Shown: positions 26,674-32,273 of the stretch, piece after piece | Layout: the number at the start of each line of letters is the position of its first letter | Numbering within the stretch: position 1 is the stretch's first letter | From: Acidimicrobiia bacterium | Lineage (GTDB): Bacteria > Actinomycetota > Acidimicrobiia > IMCC26256 > JAENVU01 | DNA length: 32,273 bases | NCBI GenBank assembly: GCA_017882945.1 | Contig: JADGON010000175.1 | Span: 1 to 32,273, forward strand | Direction of reading: 5' to 3' | Program-made: the position numbers and the translations under genes | The notes under the pieces: model-generated | What the model was told of the DNA's origin: nothing | Databases searched by the model: none | The model's input: only the letters and a program-made list of their open reading frames with translations

Positions 26674-27495
26674 ATGACCGAGCCGCTGATCATCCGACTC
26701 GACGAGGCATGGGGTGACGTTGCGGCCGTGTGTGACGACCTGACGGCCGCGCAATGGAACACGGCGACGGAGTGTCCGGGCTGGAGCGTGCACGACAACG
26801 TCGCGCACATGACCGGTACCGAGCGCATGTTGCTCGGTGAGCAACCTGCGACGGGTGCGGCCGACACCTCGAGCCCGCCGCACGTGCGCAACGACATCGG
26901 CAGAGCCAACGAGCAGTGGATCGCGACCTACCGAGGATGGGACGGCGAGAGACTGCTCGACGAGTTCCGCATGGTGACCGGGCGTCGTCTCGACGCCGTG
27001 CGGGCGATGACGACCGCCGACTGGGACAACGAAGGCTTCACGCCCGAAGGGCCCGGTCCGTACCGTCTGTTCATGGAGATCCGCCTGTTCGATTGCTGGT
27101 ATCACGACCAGGACATCCGTGAGGCGCTCGACCGACCCGGATTCATCGACGGTCCGGTTGCGGATCTGTCGGTGGGACGTATTCCCGCGAAGGCGCTCGG
27201 CTACGTGGTGGGGAAGAAGGCGGGTGCGCCGCCCGACACCACCGTCGTGTTCGAGATCACCGGCGCGTCCCCCATCGTCGCCGCGATCGCCGTCCCGCCG
27301 GAGGGTCGCGCCATCCTGCTCGACGCGCCGCCCGATGCGCCCACCGTCCGCGTCGCCATGGATCGGCGCACGTTCACCCGTCTCGCGGGAGGACGCTGGA
27401 GCGGCGACCATGCCCGTGCTCACGGGACGTTGCACGTCGAAGGCGATGTGGACCTGGGCAACCGCGTCGTCGACAACCTCGCGTTCACCATCTGA
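26674..27495 (+). CDS. Mycothiol-dependent maleylpyruvate isomerase (MDMPI/DinB-like) family protein
   Basis: 273 aa. The N-terminal pattern ...LTAAQWNTATECPGWSVHDNVAHMTGTE... is characteristic of the actinobacterial MDMPI_N / TIGR03083 family. The C-terminal half is SCP2-like. Confidence 0.65.
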   Translation: MTEPLIIRLDEAWGDVAAVCDDLTAAQWNTATECPGWSVHDNVAHMTGTERMLLGEQPATGAADTSSPPHVRNDIGRANEQWIATYRGWDGERLLDEFRMVTGRRLDAVRAMTTADWDNEGFTPEGPGPYRLFMEIRLFDCWYHDQDIREALDRPGFIDGPVADLSVGRIPAKALGYVVGKKAGAPPDTTVVFEITGASPIVAAIAVPPEGRAILLDAPPDAPTVRVAMDRRTFTRLAGGRWSGDHARAHGTLHVEGDVDLGNRVVDNLAFTI

Positions 27496-27652
27496 CCGCG
27501 CGTCGGCAGACGCCCGACGATGGTCAGCCGACGACGAGCCGCGACCTGGCGTCGACTGTCGCGGATCGTCCTGCACCGAAGAGGCACAAAGGCCCTGGCA
27601 ATCGACATCCGGGAGAGCGACGCTCGGGAGGTACTCGGCAGAGGAGATCGAC

Positions 27653-28456
27653 ATGCGCCGCGTGATCGTCGCCAGCCTTGTCTTCGCCATGATCGCCGCC
27701 GGCTGCGGTGGGGGAACCGGCAAGGAATCGGTGAAGACCCGCCCGTCGAGCTCCACCGCCAGCAGCACGACGACGAGTTCGACTCCCACGGCGCCCATCA
27801 CGGCACCCAGCGCGGCGGGCAACCTCGCCGCGTACTTCAACGCGGCGGAGGCGGTGCACCACAAGCTCGCAGCCGCAGCGATCAAGATCAACGGGGGCGT
27901 CAGCAAGAGTCACATCTCGGTCGATCAGGCCACCGTCGATGCCGTCGCGGCAGCGGATCCGACGCCGGCCGGCGCGCTGATCCCTGCCGGACTGGATCCT
28001 GTCCTGTTGCGCGCGGTGGTCCTGCTCCAGAGCGAGCTCGTCTCCCGCCACTCGGCGATGGCGCGCGTCGGGCGCGTGCTGGGCACCTACCCGACCAACG
28101 GGCCCGAGGCCAAGGACCTGCTGCAGTGCCTCGGCAACGGCGCCGCCCCCGCCGCGAAGTTCCCCGCGGACCTGGCCTCGGCGAAGGCGCTCGCCGCGTC
28201 TTCGCCGCCACTGACCCCCGTGCCGACCAGCTCGCGTGCCGCCGCGGAGGTGGCGATCCGCCTCCTGGACATGGGGCTGCGCAACCGGGGTTGCGACTCG
28301 TGCGGCGGCGCCGTGGTGACCGACCTGCTTCCGATCACGTGGGGGCCGCAGCCCTCCTGGGCCGGAGCTCCCCCCTGGGACGGCAACATCGGCGGGGTCC
28401 CGTTCCGGGCCACCTACGAGGCGAACGGTTGGCGCATCGAGCTCAACGCGTGCTGA
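27653..28456 (+). CDS. Putative lipoprotein, unknown function
   Basis: The ATG at 27653 has a GAGGAG SD (27641-27646). The signal is MRRVIVASLVFAMIAAGC (lipobox AAGC), followed by an S/T/P-rich linker. The product is 267 aa. Confidence 0.7.
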   Translation: MRRVIVASLVFAMIAAGCGGGTGKESVKTRPSSSTASSTTTSSTPTAPITAPSAAGNLAAYFNAAEAVHHKLAAAAIKINGGVSKSHISVDQATVDAVAAADPTPAGALIPAGLDPVLLRAVVLLQSELVSRHSAMARVGRVLGTYPTNGPEAKDLLQCLGNGAAPAAKFPADLASAKALAASSPPLTPVPTSSRAAAEVAIRLLDMGLRNRGCDSCGGAVVTDLLPITWGPQPSWAGAPPWDGNIGGVPFRATYEANGWRIELNAC

Positions 28457-28606
28457 GCATCGTGTCGATGCGCCACACCGACCGATGGCCGTCTTTTCCG
28501 GGACCTTCTGCCCTGGCTGTGCACTTCGGTGCGTCGTCTACTGCACCTTGAACCATGCGTCGCCGGAGCCGCCGGTCGACGCGCCAAAACCAAGGAGCAT
28601 TCCCGC

Positions 28607-29215
28607 ATGAATCGTCGCACCCTTGATGTCGTGTTCAGCGTAGGGGGCGTGCTCCTTGCGGGCCTGCTGCTCATCCTGGGCCTGGTGCTCCAGAACCAGG
28701 CTGACTTCGCGAAGAGCTACGTGAAGGATCAGTTGTCCCAGCAGAAGATCACCTTCACACCGGTCAAGGGGCTCACCGCCCAGGAGAAGCAGGCCAACTG
28801 CCTCGTCACCAATGCGACCCGGCCCCTCACGACGGGCAAGCAGGCCGAGTGCTACGCGAACAAGTACATCGGCCTCCACGTCACCGAGGTCAACGGCGGC
28901 AAGACGTACTCCGAGACCAGCGGTGAATCCCGCGCCCTCCAGGCCAAGGCCGACGCCGCGACCACCGCGAATCCGGGCGCTCCCGCGACCGTCGCACTCC
29001 AGAGCCAGGCCAAGGCGCTGAGCGGCAAGGTCGACACCCTGTTCCGGGGCGAGACGCTGCGGGGCCTGCTGCTGACGTCCTACGGCTTCAGCATCTTCGG
29101 TGAGCGGGCGAACCAGGCCGCACTGGTGTCCTTCGCGGCCGCGCTCGTGCTCCTGCTGGCCTCGATCGCCGGGTTCGTCCACGCCTTCACGACGTCGAAG
29201 CAGAAGGTGATCTGA
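28607..29215 (+). CDS. Membrane protein with N- and C-terminal TM helices, unknown function
   Basis: The ATG at 28607 is preceded by CAAGGAGCA, giving 202 aa. TM1 is VVFSVGGVLLAGLLLILGLVL and TM2 is ALVSFAAALVLLLASIAGFV, with a hydrophilic domain of about 150 aa between them. Confidence 0.65.
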   Translation: MNRRTLDVVFSVGGVLLAGLLLILGLVLQNQADFAKSYVKDQLSQQKITFTPVKGLTAQEKQANCLVTNATRPLTTGKQAECYANKYIGLHVTEVNGGKTYSETSGESRALQAKADAATTANPGAPATVALQSQAKALSGKVDTLFRGETLRGLLLTSYGFSIFGERANQAALVSFAAALVLLLASIAGFVHAFTTSKQKVI

Positions 29216-29223
29216 GATCGGTC

Positions 29224-29268
29224 GGCTCGCGGCATCGCGATCGCAAGGTCGTCACGGTGCCGCGAGCC
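29224..29268. terminator. Hairpin between convergent genes (candidate bidirectional terminator)
   Basis: ggctcgcggca (29224-29234) pairs perfectly with tgccgcgagcc (29258-29268) around a 23-nt loop. It lies between the stops at 29215 (+) and 29272 (-). Confidence 0.45.
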
Positions 29269-29271
29269 GGG

Positions 29272-29469
29272 CTACGACGGCGGTGAAGCCCGCGAACCTT
29301 CGTCGAGCGCTTCACATTCGGCGCAGCGCTGAAGCCGCCCGGCACCCGCCGCGAGCTCCTCGGAATGGATCTGCTGTCCCGTCGGACAGTCGGACCGGTC
29401 GTGGTAGACGCCGCTGGCCCGGTCTGCCCGGATCGACCGGTACGGCTTGACCTTCTTGAGCTTTGACAC
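29272..29469 (-). CDS. Small (65 aa) basic protein with an H/C-x..-CxxC arrangement, unknown function
   Basis: The GTG start has a strong GGAGGTG SD 4-6 nt upstream, and GC3 is high. The sequence is MSKLKKVKPYRSIRADRASGVYHDRSDCPTGQQIHSEELAAGAGRLQRCAECEALDEG..., with His23, Cys28, Cys49 and Cys52. Confidence 0.6.
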   Translation of the reverse strand: MSKLKKVKPYRSIRADRASGVYHDRSDCPTGQQIHSEELAAGAGRLQRCAECEALDEGSRASPPS

Positions 29470-29678
29470 CGCGCACCTCCGCTGCGCCCCGGGCGCAGGA
29501 TACGCGGCGGCGCCACGCGGCAGCCGGTTGGATGCCGCCCGCGGCGTCAGGCCGTTCAGCGGATCTTCAGCAAGCGAGGCGCAACCTCCGGGGCGAGTCC
29601 GGGAGAACCCGGTCCGACCAGACGGAGGAGCCGAGCGTTGTGCCCTCTTCGCGTGAGCTCACCGTCGTCGAGCCCTCC

Positions 29679-29707
29679 AGGCGCCCGGGATCCCTACCCG
29701 GGCGCCT
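29679..29707. other. Perfect 11-bp stem hairpin within the long 29470-29858 intergenic region
   Basis: aggcgcccggg (29679-29689), loop atcccta, cccgggcgcct (29697-29707). Neighbouring palindromes are gctcgggcccgagc (29730-29743) and the composite hairpin 29755-29802. Confidence 0.6.
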
Positions 29708-29817
29708 CGGAGCGGCACACGGAATCTGAGCTCGGGCCCGAGCCGCCACACGGGGCTCGCGTGGTCAGGCCGTGCCTCCACCGGTGTGCCTGGTTCGCGA
29801 GCACGGAGGAAGGGGGC

Positions 29818-29862
29818 GTGGCGGTCGCGATCGCTTCCCATCCGGCCGGGCAGCCGGCATGA
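29818..29862 (+). CDS. Candidate 14-codon upstream ORF (MAVAIASHPAGQPA) overlapping the glycosyltransferase start
   Basis: The GTG at 29818 lies 8 nt after GGAGGA (29804-29809). Its TGA (29860-29862) overlaps the ATG at 29859 (ATGA). The downstream gene has no SD of its own. The uORF could alternatively be the tail of the longer 29638-29862 ORF, whose GC3 is only about 78%. Confidence 0.25.
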   Translation: MAVAIASHPAGQPA

Positions 29863-31274
29863 CTGCCACGCTCCAACGCGCCGAGGTCCTGGAGCCGACT
29901 CCCTCCCCCGCGGCGGCGCCTGCCGCGCATGGCGGGAGGACCGAGGTCTGGCTCGTCGTCCTCGTGGTGCTCGGTGGCGTCGTGCGCTTCTGGGGCCTTG
30001 GTGCCTCGCGACTCAACTACGACGAGTCGTTCACCGCGATGGCCGGCCGGCTCCCGCTCGGGAGCCTCGCCAACTTCTTGCGCTCGAACGACTCGCACCC
30101 GCCCCTCGACTACCTGCTGCGTGCACCACTCGCACGCGCGGGAGTGAGCGAGCTCTGGTTCCGGACGCCGTCTGCGATGCTCTCGCTCGGCGCGCTGGTG
30201 TTGTTCGCGTGGTGGATGCGCTCGCGGGGTCGAGCCGGCGTGATCGCGACCGCGTTGGTCGCGGTGAGCGCGTTCCAGGTGTCCCACGGCCGCGAAGCAC
30301 GCATGTACGCCGAGCTCGAGCTCCTCGGGGTCGCGGCCGCCATGATGGCGACGACCTGGCGGTCGAGGCCGCGGCGCTGGCATGTGCCCGCGCTCGCGGC
30401 CCTGGTGCTCGTCGGCCTGCTCACGCACGTGTCGATGTTCCTCCTCGCGGCCGGCCTGTTCCTCGTCCCCGGCCGTCGCACCGATCGGGACGCGTGGTGG
30501 TGGCGTGGCGCGATCGTGTCCGGCGTTCTCGGATGGGCACTCGTCTGGGGTCCGACCTTCCTCGTCCAGGCCCGTGGTGGACACTCGAGTTGGATCGCAC
30601 CGACCACGGTCTCCGGCCTGGCAACGGCGATCGGTCGCTCGGTCACGTTCGAGCCGGCGCTCGCGGGCGTCGCGGCGCTTGCGACGATCGCCGGTGGCGG
30701 GTTGATCTGGCGTCGCGACCGGTCGCTCGGATGGGTCTGGGTGTGCTGCTTCGCCGTGCCGATCGGCGTTGCCGCTCTCGCAGGACTCTTCGCGCCGGTC
30801 GTTCTCGACCGGACGTTCACGCTCATGGCATGGGCACCCTGCCTCGCGATCGCGTTTCTCCTGGACGCTCTCCTGCGTCGGCATCGGCTGCTCGGCATCG
30901 TGGTGCTCGGCGCGCTCCTTGCCGTGATGGTTCCGTCGACGCTGCAGACGGTCCGGGCGCGTACCGGGCCCGACGCCCCGCTGCGACAGCTCGCGCGGGT
31001 GGCGAAGCCCGGCGACATCGTCGCGGTCAGACCGGCGAGCAAGGCACCCGAGATCGCGTGGTCGCTCGGAGCCCGGGGGAATGCCTCGACCCGTCACGTC
31101 GCGGTGCCGGGGATCCCCGCGGCATTCGGCATCCGGTTGGGCACGGGCACGCCAACGGGTCGGATCTGGTTGCTCGATTGGAGGTCCTTCCCCCACCCGG
31201 CCGTCACCGCGGCGGGGCAGTGCGCGGCTCGCTGGTCATGGGGCCACACCCACATCCGATGCATCCGAGGCTGA
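29859..31274 (+). CDS. GT-C fold membrane glycosyltransferase (GT39/ArnT/PMT_2-like)
   Basis: 471 aa with about 10-11 TM helices. The first loop has the DE motif (SRLNYDESFTAM) and DSHPPLDYLL, typical of family 39/83 glycosyl- or arabinosyltransferases. There is a C-terminal soluble domain of about 100 aa. Confidence 0.6.
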   Translation: MTATLQRAEVLEPTPSPAAAPAAHGGRTEVWLVVLVVLGGVVRFWGLGASRLNYDESFTAMAGRLPLGSLANFLRSNDSHPPLDYLLRAPLARAGVSELWFRTPSAMLSLGALVLFAWWMRSRGRAGVIATALVAVSAFQVSHGREARMYAELELLGVAAAMMATTWRSRPRRWHVPALAALVLVGLLTHVSMFLLAAGLFLVPGRRTDRDAWWWRGAIVSGVLGWALVWGPTFLVQARGGHSSWIAPTTVSGLATAIGRSVTFEPALAGVAALATIAGGGLIWRRDRSLGWVWVCCFAVPIGVAALAGLFAPVVLDRTFTLMAWAPCLAIAFLLDALLRRHRLLGIVVLGALLAVMVPSTLQTVRARTGPDAPLRQLARVAKPGDIVAVRPASKAPEIAWSLGARGNASTRHVAVPGIPAAFGIRLGTGTPTGRIWLLDWRSFPHPAVTAAGQCAARWSWGHTHIRCIRG

Positions 31275-31388
31275 GCGCGGCCCGACCGCTTCGGCCCGTC
31301 GAGCGTCAGCCGCGTCGCGAGCGCGGACCCACGTGGGGCGTACGGTGGCTTCATCCCACGCGTCCGAAGTCGTGCCGTTCCCCGTGCG

Positions 31389-32273
31389 TTGGCGACCGTC
31401 GTGGTGGCGAGCCTGGTCGCCGTGCTGGCCGGCTGCAGCGACGGCGGACCGGCTCACCGCAGCGATCGGGCCGAGGCGACCGGAACCGGTCCGGCCCAGC
31501 GAGCTGCGAAGGCGCGCTGTCGGGCCCTGGCCCGCACGAACCCGAGTCCTGGAGCACGTCGCTCGGACGCGGCCGGTGTCACCCGGATCACGCTGATGCT
31601 CGTCGACCCGCGCCGGCCAACCCCGGCGATTCCCCACCGTCACGCATCGCCGTGCCGGGTCTTGCCCACGGAGCTCCGGTACCCGACCGCCGTGACGCGC
31701 CCGGTCCCGCTCATCGTCGTCGCGCACGGTCTCGATGGCAGCCCGAGCTCGCTCGCGCCACTGCTCGATGCGTGGGCCGGTGCCGGCTACGTGGTCGCCG
31801 CGCCGACATTTCCCACCACGAGGAAGGACAGCCACGGAGCGTCGCTGGCGAGTGAGCCGGTCGACCAGGCTGCCGACATGCGGTTCGTCATCGGTCAGCT
31901 GGTCGGACGAAGTCGAACCGCCGCTGCGAGCCCGCTCACTGGCCTGATCGACGGGACCCGGATCGGGGCTGCGGGCATGTCGCTCGGTGGACTCGGCGTG
32001 TACGGACTCGTGTCGAACACGTGCTGCAGGGATACCCGCGTCCGCGCGGCGATCCTGATGGCCGCGGTCCGTCGCGAGTTTCCCGACGAACGCTACGAAG
32101 ACAACCGGGCGCCGGTGCTCCTCGTGCAGGGCGACGCAGACAGTGGCTACCACAACAGCGTCGAGGCCTATCCGGAGCTCGTGCCCCCCAAGTGGTTCAT
32201 CACCCTGCATGGATCGGGACACTCGCCGCCCTTCGAGGTACCACCGGGCCCCGAAGCACCGCTCGTGTACACC
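31389..32273 (+). CDS. Alpha/beta hydrolase (dienelactone hydrolase / PAF-acetylhydrolase-like) with lipoprotein-type signal; 3' partial, start uncertain
   Basis: This frame is not in the track because it runs off the window. It reads ...ALATVVVASLVAVLAGCSDGG (lipobox LAGC)...PLIVVAHGLDGSP...GAAGMSLGG (GxSxG nucleophile elbow)...LLVQGDADS...LHGSGHSPP. The only canonical in-frame start after the TGA at 31272 is the TTG at 31389. Confidence 0.65.
   Translation, partial: MATVVVASLVAVLAGCSDGGPAHRSDRAEATGTGPAQRAAKARCRALARTNPSPGARRSDAAGVTRITLMLVDPRRPTPAIPHRHASPCRVLPTELRYPTAVTRPVPLIVVAHGLDGSPSSLAPLLDAWAGAGYVVAAPTFPTTRKDSHGASLASEPVDQAADMRFVIGQLVGRSRTAAASPLTGLIDGTRIGAAGMSLGGLGVYGLVSNTCCRDTRVRAAILMAAVRREFPDERYEDNRAPVLLVQGDADSGYHNSVEAYPELVPPKWFITLHGSGHSPPFEVPPGPEAPLVYT

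Noticed and set aside
29560-29760. SRP RNA, 6S/Ms1-like RNA, 6C RNA or a known riboswitch in the long intergenic region
   Set aside because: I could not find the SRP domain IV motif, a rod-like 6S fold with long-range 5'/3' pairing, C-rich 6C loops, or any riboswitch core motif I know (B12 box, glycine, SAM, ydaO). It is kept only as an unclassified structured region.

Overview
This is a high-GC (roughly 70%), densely packed, actinobacterial-type chromosomal segment. Supporting hints are a mycothiol-dependent enzyme family member, an actinobacterial-type HelD and LAGC/AAGC lipoboxes. I support about 34 protein genes, mostly housekeeping or metabolic: ABC-F ATPase, Lon, glutathione peroxidase, FumC, a DUF885 protein, PepF-like M3 peptidase, HelD-like helicase, histidine phosphatase, four SDR oxidoreductases, an ABC-2 ATPase/permease pair, NUDIX, HU, DinG, a MaoC dehydratase, an exported SurE-like nucleotidase, gluconokinase, an ECF sigma with a cotranslated membrane partner, a DsbA-like protein, an MDMPI-family protein, two envelope proteins, a GT39-like glycosyltransferase and a partial alpha/beta hydrolase. 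I recognised no rRNA, tRNA, CRISPR array or intact mobile element. Many very long ORFs in the track are antisense or out-of-frame artefacts typical of high-GC DNA. The region looks largely ordinary. The items most worth a second look are: (1) a 153-aa protein that resembles only the N-terminal, nuclease-less part of TnpB/OrfB, translationally coupled (GTGA) to a histidine phosphatase just upstream of helD; (2) a roughly 60-68 bp nested-palindrome REP-like element, present twice in tandem at the window start and once in the phosphatase-helD spacer; (3) an in-frame 18-bp tandem repeat continuing past the TAG stop of the DUF885 gene; (4) a roughly 390-bp palindrome-rich leader with a strongly SD-preceded 14-codon uORF overlapping (ATGA) the glycosyltransferase start; (5) a SurE homologue carrying a lipoprotein signal. 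All start coordinates were derived by hand, and all family calls rest on motif recognition, not on searches.
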